Origin: Klebsormidium nitens
Taxonomy: Eukaryota; Plantae; Klebsormidiophyceae
Direction of reading: 5' to 3'
DNA length: 64,000 nucleotides
Assembly: GCA_000708835.1 (NCBI GenBank)
Contig: DF237025.1
Span: 93,667 to 157,666 of the forward strand
The position numbers and the translations under genes were made by a program. The notes beneath the pieces were generated by a model that saw only the letters and a program-made list of their open reading frames with translations, made no database searches and was not told the DNA's origin. Shown piece by piece: positions 37,601-49,200 of the stretch. Each line of letters begins with the position of its first letter. Within the stretch, counting starts at the first letter, position 1.

Positions 37601-40600
37601 CAACAGGAGAAGAGTCGTAGGCTTTGCCTCATATCGACTACCAACACCGCACCAAGATCTCACAAGGACCCTCCGATGTAATTGACGATCCTCGTGATGG
37701 TGACGTCAGCGGCATGGTGGCTCTGTATCCAAAGCATTCTCGATGCGAGAGAAATGCGTGAAAGTGTCGTTTGAATTTTGGCAAAGCTTGAAAACCTCCG
37801 CTGAAATTCTCCAGGCTTCCGCGAACCTTCTGCTAGACTCGCAATGATCCTCTTGACGTCAGGGTGACGTCAGCGGCGCGACGGCGCTGTACCAGGAGGC
37901 GCTCGGCGTGGAGGCGGACTGCGTGGAGGCGATGTACAACCTGGGGCTAGCCCAGAAGCGGTCCGGGCAATCTCCCGAGAGCCTGGCCACGTTCAAGAAG
38001 CTGCACGCTATGCTGCCGGACAGCCCGGAGGTCATGTACCAGGTACGATTCGATGCGCCACGTTTGCCACCCTCTTGTCCATCTTTGAGGCACGGCCAGC
38101 AATCTTGAGCCGTGAGATGCTCTTCAATCGCGGGTTGAAGTTCAAGAAGGCTCTGAGTTTTTCAGAACCGGGGGCAAGTCTGACGGAAGCAGCTGTACGT
38201 GAACGGTGGTAGGGTGCTTCGCGGGAGGTCCGGCAGGGGTTTCGTTAACAGCCATCACTGGATTGCTAGGAAATGAGAGAAGGTCGCCATCCTCCATTCA
38301 CCGACACCGCTAAATCTACATCATTCGACAGCATTGTATTTCATGTAGCAGACTTCACGGAGGTCTAGTTCTGTTTGAGAAGGTCACAAAATGGCTGAGA
38401 TAAACCGTCTCTCTTGGACAGCATGTAGCCTTTTCTGATTCTTTCAATAATTGCACTTTCCATGTCACTATATATGCAGATCACAAACCACCGCTCAATA
38501 TTGCCTTTGAAGGGGCCTGCCTCTTCTGACATTCTTATCATCACACTATACTTGGCGAACACAGGTACCCGTGTATCAGGGTACCGGCCTCCCGAGCAGG
38601 CCATCAAGTGGCTGAAGATGTTGCGATAGAGCTCAGTATCGGTTGTTATGTTAGATTCATTTCCTTACTTTGTTGGTCTTAAACCAAACCCCGACTTACC
38701 GCACATTCTGACCACTTTCTCCGATCAGATCGCGAGCCTGTACGAGGTCACCGGTCCCCCGAAGCAGGCCATCAAGTGGCTGGAGATGCTGCACACCCGA
38801 GTGCTGCACGACCCCGGCGTGCTCGCGCGGTTAGGCGCGGTCCACAGCAAGCACGACGACGAGGCCAAGGCGCTGCACTACTTCTCCGAGGCGCACCGAG
38901 TCTACCCGGTGAGTTGCCCCGGCTGTTCATCTTTTTTGAGTGTACAATCTGAGCATACCCTTTGTGGACTGATAGTTCCGGTTGCTCAACGGTCGAGTTA
39001 TAGGGGCCGGGTCCGAATATCCTTAGTTTGTTACACGAAAGCGAGAGACTGTCGTAAAGTGCCGCACGGAAGGTTAGATGCTAGAAAGCTGATCAGGACC
39101 AGAGTGCGAAGTGATGGCCCGGAAATTGGTTGAAGGCACTCGGATTCTGCGTGAGCATGCCGATGTAGAAGAACGTCAAGTATGCCATATGGCTCGTACC
39201 AGAGTGACATCAAGTTTCATCCGTTGGTACTTATGCTATCCCTCCAGTCTGCGCTTCAAAATAGAGGACACTTATGAAGAACTTTCCCGTTCATTCAAAT
39301 TTCCAAATAGCCAGGGGTTAGCTTCCCAATCTATCCCGCACATCAGGATCTAAACCAACTCGCCATTCGCACGGACAACAAGCCTGAATTTTTACGACTT
39401 CTGTGGTACCGCTCCAGAGCCCTGACACGTGCCTCGCTGTGATTGGCCCAGGTGGATATGGACGTCATCTCGTGGCTGGGGGCCTTCCACGTGAAGAACG
39501 AGGTGTATGAGAAGGCGATGCCCTTCTTCGACCTGGCCGCCAAGATCCAGCCGTCGGAAGTTAAGTGGCAGCTCATGGTCGCCTCCTGCTATCGGCGGAT
39601 CGGGGCCTACCCGCAAGCGTTGGCGACGGTAAGGAGGCACGCATTAGCACTCCATTGTCTCTCGAATGATGTGTCCTGTGCTTTTATGAGAATCAGCACA
39701 GTCTCGTGATGCGGGTCGTCGCAGATTCGTCTTGCAGTTGTTAAGGTTCCAAATCCGGTCTGTGGAAGTTGCCGATACCTTGCGCCGGATCAGGTGGTTG
39801 GTAAGGGAGTGGCTTAACGCTTCCCTTAGACGAAGAATAGGTTCAGCTACTCAATTAGGATGCACGGGAGATTCAGTACGATCAGCGAACGAACCTGGAG
39901 ATTCCGGCTTCAAGGACGAAGCCTCTGTAATCTAGAATTTCATGGCAAAAGAAGGGACTCTCTTCTCACTCTTCACTAAGTAATCTCAAGACAATTCGGC
40001 GGTTGCGGCTGCTTAAAATCATCAGAAGTGATGTGTGAAGCGGAACTGCGAGTGGAAGTTTTCTCTCTTCTTGGCGTTATTGCACTTTGAATTGTTGTAC
40101 TTTCATTCTTTGTGGTTTTATGCTTTGTACTTTCGATCTTTATACTTCTGATATAAACGACTGCGAGCCCTTTATGAAGGCACGCGTCGAGTCTAGGAGT
40201 CCGGAGACCTAGAGCACACGGTTGACTTCAGATACCGACTGCTTTCTTAATTCCCTGATTTAGGAAAGATCCGTTATCAACGAACCGGCTTCTAGAGAGT
40301 TGGAGAACCAACGAAAGAGTACAAACCCCCGTAATACTTTTCCTGGCAGTACAAGGAGATTCACCGCGCGCACCCCGAGAACATCGAGTGCCTGCGCTAC
40401 CTGGTCCACATCTGCACCGACCTGGGCCACAAAGAGGAGATCCAAGACTACGCGGTCCAGCTCCGAAAAGCCGAGCGCGCGGCCGCGCAGGCGCAGGAGG
40501 CGGCGGCGAAGGCGCAAGTCTACGCCGCCGCCGAGGAGCCGGCCGCGAGCGTCCCGGTAAGTATGGTCGGGAAAGCGGCGCGACCGAGCAGCGGGGCGGC

Positions 40601-40775
40601 CGCGGTGCGGCAAGAGCGCGTCGGGGAGGAGGCGGCCGCGGTGTTCGCACCGGCCGCGGTACTGCCGCCGCGGCCGGGGACCGCGGGACGGAAGGTGAAG
40701 ATGGGCGTGAAAGAGAAGAGCGTGGAGGATGAGTGGGGGAGTGAGGAGCTAGGAGACGACTTGTTGCCAATGTAG
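31625..40775 (+). CDS. IFT88: Intraflagellar transport protein 88 (TPR protein), 12 exons, ~847 aa
   Basis: Exons 31625-31741, 31957-32049 (less certain), 32346-32717, 33985-34194, 35114-35296, 35805-35999, 36557-36728, 37222-37460, 37863-38042, 38729-38908, 39452-39628, 40350-40775. Motifs: DDDLYSGYN, RPMTS..GAGF, GRLRVNMGNIY..AIKMYRMALDQ, YNARALVNKGN, VISWLGAFHVKNEVYEKA, VKWQLMVASCYRRIG, C-terminal DEWGSEELGDDLLPM*. Intron 4 is GC-AG. Confidence 0.97.
33283..33984 (+). repeat. Decaying tandem array of the IFT88 exon-4 acceptor + exon start (~6 copies)
   Basis: Copies of ggcgaccacgacggggcgttggagaaggctaaggaggccggc begin near 33283, 33399, 33533, 33633, 33790, 33922 (short). Real exon starts at 33985. 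Confidence 0.88.
34716..35113 (+). repeat. Tandem array of the IFT88 exon-5 acceptor + exon start (3 copies, ~130-nt period)
   Basis: Variants of cag|ttcccccaggcgggccggctgcgcgtgaacatgggcaac at 34716, 34851, 34978; real exon at 35114. Confidence 0.9.
35376..35450 (+). repeat. Copy of IFT88 exon-5 3' end + donor in intron 5
   Basis: gtcaccttcatgcgccttcggcactaccag|gtgacgt (GT at 35421) versus real gtcgccttcatgcgcctcggccagtaccag|gtgacgt (GT at 35297). Confidence 0.85.
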
Positions 40776-41810
40776 ATGCGTTTGAGTAAGACGAAGATGG
40801 ATGCCGCCAAACTCAAAATCAAGTTCTAGGGGAAAACATTGATTCGTGTGCATGTGAAATCGGGTTGTCGCTGATCAACCATCTTTTGCTGGCGGGGCAG
40901 CGCTTCAAACGCGTCTATGTTTCGGTCCGCTGGTCTTCGTTTCAAATTCTAGACTGTCACTCCATCGAGGCGCCTCCGTGGGCCGCATTCTTGCCACCTA
41001 GTTGGGCTGGTGGTAATCGCGCGGATTGGCCAACGACAAAACCCCATTGCGCACCCACATGGTTCTGCGGCCTTTGCACATGAGCTGCATGTTCGCCAAA
41101 CCATTGCTCATACAGGTGCAGTTGTAGTCCATGTCATGTACACTCTACGTTTACTCGGTTCGTTGACCGACATTGCATGATACATCGTTGTACTTGAACG
41201 ACTGTGAGTCTTTAGGCAAATAGCATATAGCCGCCTTTTATATGCGCACTTGAACTCGACAACCAATAACCTTCACATGCTGCTTTATAGAGTGCATTTG
41301 CAGTTAGGCATCCAATACCTGGATATGCATTCAATTGGATTGTAGATGGAACTCTATGTTGCTAAATCGTACTGCAGCCAAGGTTGGCAGTGAGCTTATA
41401 TGCTTTTCTATAAGTACTGGTGCTACCCGACCCAGCTCAAAATTTGGAGCCTCATCTGAACCTTATTTACGACAGAAACACTCTGTATCGATGAGAAAGA
41501 GCGGGCCGATCCTCTGACACGGGACGTTTGTAAAAGTGAGATCTGGTCAGCCACTTCCAGAGCAAGGTGGCCATCCGATGAACGAAGAGTCTAGCAGGAA
41601 AGCTCGAGTAGCTTGCAAGACTGCACTAAATAATCACAATCTATTCGAGCATGTAGCTTCTGGAAAGTTCATTTGCATCATTCAGAACAAATCTGCATAC
41701 GGAGGAACGGAAGACTATACGAACTCAGACTTCTGCAAGCTGCCTTGTTGGTAATGCAGAAGAATAAAGTACTTAAAAAACCTTAACGATTACTCATCAT
41801 TGATAGATCA

Positions 41811-42749
41811 TTAGCCTGAATTTTGTCCACTGCGGTCTCTTTTGCGCTTTTGCTCGCGAAGCTGCTTGAGTTTGTCTGCATCGCTTTGCATCCTTGCTTC
41901 ATAGAAAAGTTCTTCGAAACCTCCCTTCCCAAGCGTGCACCACTCCAAAAAAGCTTCGCGATCCGGCACTTCTGCAATGGTCTGAAGACTACACATGGTT
42001 TTGATGAGGCCCTCTTCTCCCATCTTGTTGGCAATCTCCGCCAGGCTTTGGACGACGCTTTTCCTCCACTTCAGTGTTGCTATGTCGAGCTTGCCTTGAC
42101 CGTAGACGATCTCCCTGTACCAGAGAACTGCTTCCTGGGAGAACTCCTTCAGGGATGTCACGAGAGACTTGGAACCATCCTGGTTCTTGCACAGTGGCGT
42201 GGTCCCGTCAAAAATTCGCTGCCATTCCGTCCCTTCTCGAGTTTCTAGCATTACCCTGTGAAAAAGGACCTCTCCATTGTTACTAGTCCGGACAACGCAG
42301 TCTGCGGACCTTAGTCCGGATTCCGTAAGGAACGACAGGTTACTGGAAGAAGTCAAGGCAGTTCCCTCGCTAATTATCACGTGACCTTGGATGACGGCTT
42401 TCTCTAATCCCGCTTTAGGGATTTTCCTCCAATTGAAAGCCTGGCTTGTGTTCGGCAGGTTGACAGCTTTTCCATCTACTAGGAAGTTGTGATGAAACAT
42501 GGCGGACACCCCGGGACTTTTCTGCCAAGAGTACTCGTCCCATTCTTCCGCAACCTGCCCATCCAAGCAAATAAGAAGCTCAAGCTTGAAATCATTATCA
42601 AAATACTTTCTGGCGCGAAGCTTCACAGTGGGGTTGGCGCTAATGATGCACACAACCGGCTTGGCGGAGTCTGCTTCGATGGTGAAGGGGACCAGTCCGC
42701 AGCTGGCTGCAGCCAGCGGCATGAGCCGCAAGGCTCTCTGGCTCTCCAT
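41811..42749 (-). CDS. Intronless divergent BTB/POZ protein with N-terminal beta-rich (MATH-like?) domain, paralog A, ~312 aa
   Basis: Long ORF; first ATG at 42749 (the track start 42779 is GTG). BTB-like segment SADCVVRTSNNGEVLFHRVMLETR..FSQEAVLWYREIVYGQGKL..VQSLAEIANKMGEEGLIKTMC; C-terminal KRKR. Coding status is supported by the paralog at 44239-45162; the domain call is by eye. Confidence 0.7.
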   Translation of the reverse strand: MESQRALRLMPLAAASCGLVPFTIEADSAKPVVCIISANPTVKLRARKYFDNDFKLELLICLDGQVAEEWDEYSWQKSPGVSAMFHHNFLVDGKAVNLPNTSQAFNWRKIPKAGLEKAVIQGHVIISEGTALTSSSNLSFLTESGLRSADCVVRTSNNGEVLFHRVMLETREGTEWQRIFDGTTPLCKNQDGSKSLVTSLKEFSQEAVLWYREIVYGQGKLDIATLKWRKSVVQSLAEIANKMGEEGLIKTMCSLQTIAEVPDREAFLEWCTLGKGGFEELFYEARMQSDADKLKQLREQKRKRDRSGQNSG

Positions 42750-44238
42750 GGCTTTGTTCAAGAATGTTGCCTTCGACACAAATCATGTCAAATGGTTCGC
42801 GGCAGGTGATCCCTTCTGGGGATCGTGCAAATGATTCGATGTGAGCCGTTCGATCAGCCAGACGCCATCGGACGGCCCAGATTCCCCAACAAAGATGTCG
42901 CGGGGATACTGCGGCTCCTCGTAGCGTGCAAGCGTTGGTCGCGGGGCTTCGCAGGCGCGATGTTTTGAGAATTTGGATGGTTTCCTGACTTGGACTGCAA
43001 GACGAGCTCAATTAGTCTTTGTAGCCGGAAGTAGAACTGATACTCGACGAACTCGATGGTTTCCACGAGCATGACATATTTTGATACTCGACGAACTTCG
43101 AGGTTTTCACCAGCACAACGTTTCTAAGACTACATAATTTCTTCGAAGATTACAATCTCCTTCAAGATGTTTGAACAAGGTGAATCGAAAGAACTGAAAG
43201 CATGTCCAATACTTGATCCGACATGAACCCCGACGCTGAGAATTTCCTCATTTGTTGTGTTTCATGAATTGAAAGATCAACGCAGGCAATTCCTGAGTTC
43301 CGATAGTATATACGAAAGTATTGACGTGGCGTGTCTTCCTGTCTTCTTAGTTTCAGACTGGGTATCAAGCGTAGGGGATATGTCAGTACCAGCGCTTGAG
43401 TTGGGTGTTGATTTGAGGGTTTTGGGTCGACCAGAAGCGAAAGACCTATTGTCACAGCTCTGAGGCTGGGCTTATAAGGGTCGGTCAGAATGCGGAACGT
43501 TCACATGTATTATATCCTTGACGGCTCTGAGGATTACAGAGTATCGTACTACATAGATTGGTCGAGGAGCGAGAATCAAGATTAGTAAAGGGAACCGCAG
43601 TGGCCTTCGAAGCATGGTGATGAGTCTTGCTTTTATTGACGTTTCTTGACACTTTGGATGCTAGTTGTCATGTGATGCACTCCCGCACCAGATGTTGCGG
43701 CTATTCGAGCATCGGTCAGACAGTTGAAGAGACAACCATGTCAACGGTCTGGTCGAAGATGAGCAAGGACATCGTGGTGGCAGACTGTTAGTCTGCTGTT
43801 TGCATCTGGCAGGTCCTCCACCAAAAACGCAACATAGGTCAAGCTGGACGCAAAATCCATCAGATAGGCACCTACTTTAAAAACCACAGCAGGTTACCAG
43901 AGCCACGAGCAGGTTTAAGAGACCGAATCTGCAAGGGTTTGATGCTCGGTGATGGGGAAGTAATCAAGCTATATATGATGGGGCTTTGCACCAGCGACGT
44001 CTATACACAATGGCAGTGCACACGCACAATACCTTCAACCTGAGAGTTGAAAAGTTGAAAGTCAATTGTCGAAGTAAGTCAGACCATATTGCTATCCTTA
44101 GCCCAACACTCTGAAGTGAGAAAACAGCACGAAAACACTAAGGACGCCACCGTAAGTTCTAGAACTCCGCCACCATTCTCCATTTAGCAAACCTAAGCTG
44201 TTGAATTCTTGCTCCCTCCGCTGATCAGCAGAATTGTT

Positions 44239-45162
44239 TCATCTTTTGCGTTTCAAGCCTCTGCGAAGTTCCTTCAGCTTGTCGGTGTCGCTACGCGTCC
44301 TTGCTTCGTAAAAGAGCTCTTCAAAACCTCCCTTCCCCTCTGTATACCAGTTGAGAAAAGCCTCGCGATCTGGCACCTCTTCGATGGTCTGAAGCTGACT
44401 CAACGTTGCGATGAGCCCCTCTTCGGCCATCTTGTTGGCTATGTCTGCGAGGTTCTGAACGGTGCTCTCTCTCCAGCGAATGTTTGCCATGTTCAGTCTA
44501 CCTGTATAGATCACTTCCCTGTACCACAAGATAGCATCGCGCTGGAACTCGTTTAGACAGCCTAACACAATCCTGGAGCCATCCTCGATTTTTATGAGTG
44601 ACGTTGTCCCATCAAAGATGCGCTGCCATTCAGTCCCTGCTCTTGTCTCCAGCATCAGCCGATGGAAGAGAACTCCCTGCCCGTCCTTTGGGATTACAAC
44701 ACAATCCGCAGATCGCAGTCCAGAGGCTGTTAGAAACGACTGACGGGCAGGAGGAGTCAAAGGAGTCGTTTCGTTGATGATCACGTGACCCTGAATACTT
44801 TGTTTGTTTGCAAGCACTCGAGGGACTCTCCTTGCATAGTAGTCTCCTTCGTGACTTGGCAGGTGTACAGGCTCCCCATCGACAAGAAAGTCGTCATGAA
44901 ACATGACCGATGCCACTGGTCTATCTGACCACTTCTTCCAATTCTCTGGGATGCCAGGGATTGAAATGACACATTGGAGATTGTACTCGTCATCTTCACT
45001 CAACAACTCTACTTGGAGCTTGACTGTGGGGTTGAAGCTGATTGTGCGCACAACGGCACCGCAAGGGTCCGCCTCAATCGTAAAAGGTACCAGAGAAACG
45101 CCAGCTTGCGGACCAACAAACAATGGCACATTATCAGATGAGGCCTTCATGGCTTTGGTCAT
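44239..45162 (-). CDS. Intronless divergent BTB/POZ protein, paralog B, ~307 aa
   Basis: First ATG at 45162 (the track start is GTG). Collinear with paralog A: LVPFTIEAD, NPTVKL, FLVDG, IQGHVII, SGLRSADCVV, GTEWQRIFDGTT, VPDREAFL, GKGGFEELFYEAR, KRKR. Confidence 0.7.
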   Translation of the reverse strand: MTKAMKASSDNVPLFVGPQAGVSLVPFTIEADPCGAVVRTISFNPTVKLQVELLSEDDEYNLQCVISIPGIPENWKKWSDRPVASVMFHDDFLVDGEPVHLPSHEGDYYARRVPRVLANKQSIQGHVIINETTPLTPPARQSFLTASGLRSADCVVIPKDGQGVLFHRLMLETRAGTEWQRIFDGTTSLIKIEDGSRIVLGCLNEFQRDAILWYREVIYTGRLNMANIRWRESTVQNLADIANKMAEEGLIATLSQLQTIEEVPDREAFLNWYTEGKGGFEELFYEARTRSDTDKLKELRRGLKRKR

Positions 45163-46259
45163 TGATTTAGGCCGGTACCAAGATTTGTTTTGCAGGCGGC
45201 AAAATCCTCCCCAAAAGAGGGAAGCAGGAGTCTTCACGCAAGACTTGATTCCTCTTTCCTCTCTTCTCTTGCGCCGGTGCCGCACACGCGCCGCACACTT
45301 GAAGTTGTGGGCATTTGCTCCTGCCTTGCTCGCCCTTGCTCGAAAGCTTGCTTGTTGAAGAAGCTTGCTCGTTGAACAAAGTTCGCTGGCAATATGTGGC
45401 GGCAGCTAGCTGGCTGATCAATGAGGAGGAAAGCCGCGCGGCGCGGCCGGCCGCGCACGTCCGACGTCGCTGGCCGGGCGCGGCCGCCGAGGTTCCGAGG
45501 TTTGGCAAGGTCGGATTCACTAAACGGGCGCGCGGCCGCGCGGCGCTCTCAGATATTCGGATGACCGGACTATTGCCCGGCCGGGCTCCTATATACCGTA
45601 GTGTCGGTCGGACCTGCTGCAGCATGCAGCTAGCACCGTAATTGTGACTGGGCGCCCCGCGCGCGGCCAGCAGGTATCCGACAGGGCCGCCTAGCTTGTG
45701 TCAAAACCCTCAGGCTAAAGCCTGGCCCTATTATTAGCCAGCACGGGAAGTCAGATTTGAAGGAATTCTGCTACAAGCTGAGGTTGTGTGCAGGGACGCT
45801 GATGACCCTCTTGCTGCACACCCAGTGTACAGGGCTGAGAATTGCAGGCATGCTGAAGGTTTGCGAGGAGCAAAAACCAACGAATAGACTCAACGGTCAA
45901 GGATCTAGGGAGTTCTGATCCATCTCAGAAACTTTGGAGCACGATTAAATGGGCAACAGGCATTCAAATGGACAGGCCTGATCACACCAAACTGTGAATG
46001 GGTAAAATCCTCTATGATGTTTCGCAGTGTTTCCACATCTTGATCTCTTGATTACAAGTTTAAAGCAGATAAAGCTGCAACATAAAAAACATGTTTCAAT
46101 GATGGACAGAGTTCAGAAAGGAAGAGAGGTCTGCTTCTTCTATGCCCTAGTGCTGAAGCAACCACCATTTGTCTTGGTAAACTGGCAGTAGGGGAAAACC
46201 AGGTACCAAAAGGGGGTCCAGACCTTAGCCAGCTGTTCTGTCAGCAGGCCTGAGAAGTC

Positions 46260-49200
46260 ATGACATGGCAGGGAAAGATGATCTGGGAAGCGCTCCCGTC
46301 CCCTACGACACTGCCCCCTCGCTTGGGCCACACCGCCACTCTGGTGGGAGAGAAAACCCTTTATGTCATGGGGGGCAGAGAGGGCGAAACTTTCATGAAT
46401 GACGTTTGGACGTTTGACTGTGAGGTAACATGTGCAACGGTGCCCCTAAGAGGAGGAATTGCTGCTCGCCTATAAAAGTTGAACCTTGACCCCACAGCTT
46501 GGCTCTCCAGCTTACTGATCCCTGCACATTCCCAAAGAAGTCTTATACAACATAGTTAGCAGCTTGAAGGCAACAGAGAGGTGGTTACCCCAACTGTTGA
46601 TTACATTACTTGTGAGGAAAGGGGGAGGGAGGCTGGTCCATCACTCAATTGTGTTCTGGTAGTATCCTAGATATGACAATTTTTTCCGATAACAAGTACT
46701 TTAAACAGGGCTTGTCTTCTTCGCATCAGACAATCCTGGTCTATCTCTAACATGTTCTTGCTGTGCAGAGCGAGGAGTGGACATGCTTGACAAAACATGC
46801 CCCGTTCACCCCCCGCGCCTACTCCACCGCCACGCTCATCAAGGGCCGCTACATCTGGGTGGTCGGAGGCAGCAATCAATCGGACCTCTTTTGGTGGGAT
46901 CTGGAGCCCCTGTAGATAGCCGGCAAATAGTTACATCAAAAACTGGGCAAAGGCTAACCGTCTGCGCATTCAATCGATAGACCTGAAAGCCAGGATGCGC
47001 ACAGAACATCTTGTTACTTCTCTGCGTCAATCTCATCAAGCGAAGCAGTCAACATTGAGCGCCAGGATCCAGAAGCAATCGCATTTCGTCCAGGCTTTCT
47101 CAAATGTTTACCCCCCCGGTGCTTTTTCTTGACCACTCTTGAAGTTCCTTTTGTCTCTTTAACCAACCATCAATCTTACATTGATTGCAGCGACATCCAC
47201 GTCCTCGACACCCGCAACCACACGTGGAGCATCCCTCCTCTCCAGGGTGAGCCAATGGAGATCGCAGCGCATGGCGCAGTACCGCACTCCCTCATCCCCG
47301 ACGCAATCCTCCTTTTCGGGGGGTACGCCCGAGTCCGAGAAGACGAGAACGACTTCACCAACAAAGTCTTTGTGCTCCATACCCATACCCCCCGCTACGA
47401 AAAGCTCACGCCCACGGGCCCCTCGCCGCACAAGCTGGGGTACCACACGTTTACGATTCTTGGGAATCGGGTGTTTTCGTTTGGGGGGAAGAACAAGGGG
47501 GGGAAGCTGAAAGACCGGCTGCTGTCAGTATATGATGTGGCCATGAATGCTTGGTTGGACGTTAAGGTGAAGGGGCTCGGGCCAGTGTCGAGATCGGGGC
47601 ATTCGGCGATGGCGGTGGGGGGAGGAAGTGTTCTGGTGTATGGGGGCCGTAGCGGCGCACAGAGGCTGGCGGACTTCAGTTTGCTACAGGTGAGTCCCTC
47701 TTCTTCGGTGTGAATGCGATGTCGGCATCTGAAAAGTGAGTTGATAGATGTTGAAGCTTCTTCGTGCTGGGCTTTCTGGGGAACTCTTGCCGACCTAAGA
47801 TTTGAAGCTTCAATACCACTGTCTTCTCGTGATTTCCGCTTCTGCAAAAAGAACAGCACCACAAGCAGTAGTTTTCAAAGGCCATCGTCTACCGTAATCG
47901 ATTCACTGTCTTTGTCAATCTGGTGTCCTCCTACTGATGCCTGAATTTTTGACTCATTACCCACCTGCCAGGTCCTCTCGTCCGACAATGACCACAAATG
48001 CACCGTCCAATGGCACCCCCTCCCTGGCACCGCGTGCAACTCTTCCGAACCCACAGACTCTCACCCGGGAGCTCGCTCCGCTCACACACTAATCGCCCGC
48101 AGACGCTCCCTTTACGTTTTTGGGGGGTACGGCGGGGATAAGCTGACATACGCCAATCCTTACGTCCTGCGTTACTTGCCGGCGCTTGACTCTTCAGAGG
48201 ATTTGGCCCGCACACCCCCCCCCCGAGTGTCTCCGACGCTGGGGCGGAGGACCCCCCCGAAACGAGTAGGAGTGGAAGCGGGGGTGGAGGAGGGGGCCGG
48301 TTGGCGCAGCTCCAAAAGGGCGGAGATCAGAAAGGCGGTGCTTGCGGCAACGAAACCGGTGGCGTCGGTGGTGGGGGATAGTCAGCCGGGGGGCCCTGAT
48401 GACGAACTAATGAGTCCTCATAAAGGACCCGAGCTGAGGAACGCCGCTGACCTGCGGGGGGGCAGAGCGGGGGGAAAGAGGGGCGCGGTTGAGACGGAGG
48501 GGGAGCCAGCGAAGAAACGGCAAAAGGGCGGGCCGAGTGCGAGGGCGGCGGCAGCGGAGGGGGTTGCAAGAAAGGAGGCCGGCGGGGGGGGGAGAACGAG
48601 GGTTGCGCGTAGGGGGGGGCCTCCGGAGACCAGTAGCAGTGGGGAGGGAGAGGAGTCGCTCGAGCATGCGGATGTGACGGAAACGCAAAGTGCGGCGGAA
48701 CGGGGGGGAACGGGGCAACGGTTCGGGGGGGTCAGCGGAAGGGGTTGGCAGGCCCCCCACGGAAGGAGCCAGCATGGGGGGGGGGCAGAAAAAGGCGGAA
48801 GGGGGATTGGGGGAACGGAGAAAAGAAACGCAGGTGCAGAGGGGGCTCAAGAAAGGGGGGATGAGGAGGAGGGCTTAGAAGCGCACCCAGCGGGGGCGTT
48901 CGCATTTGAGCACGAGTCGGAAGAAGAGAGTCCGAAAGGCGCGCGGCGGAGTAAACGCAAGGGGGGGGCCGCTCGAGCTGCGAGGGACCCCCCTGGGGAG
49001 GGCCGTTTCGACAAACCGCAAGCAAAAGGGATGGTGCCGGTGGGGAAGTCGACGGGACTAGCGGACTTCGAGCGGGAGCATTATGCAAAGACCGTGCAGA
49101 AGCTCGAGCAAGAAAAGGACGCGCTAGAGGGGCTGTTGCAAGATAAGGTGGCGGCGGTCGCGCACCTAAGCGCAGAAAAGAAAGGCCTTGTCGGGGAGAA

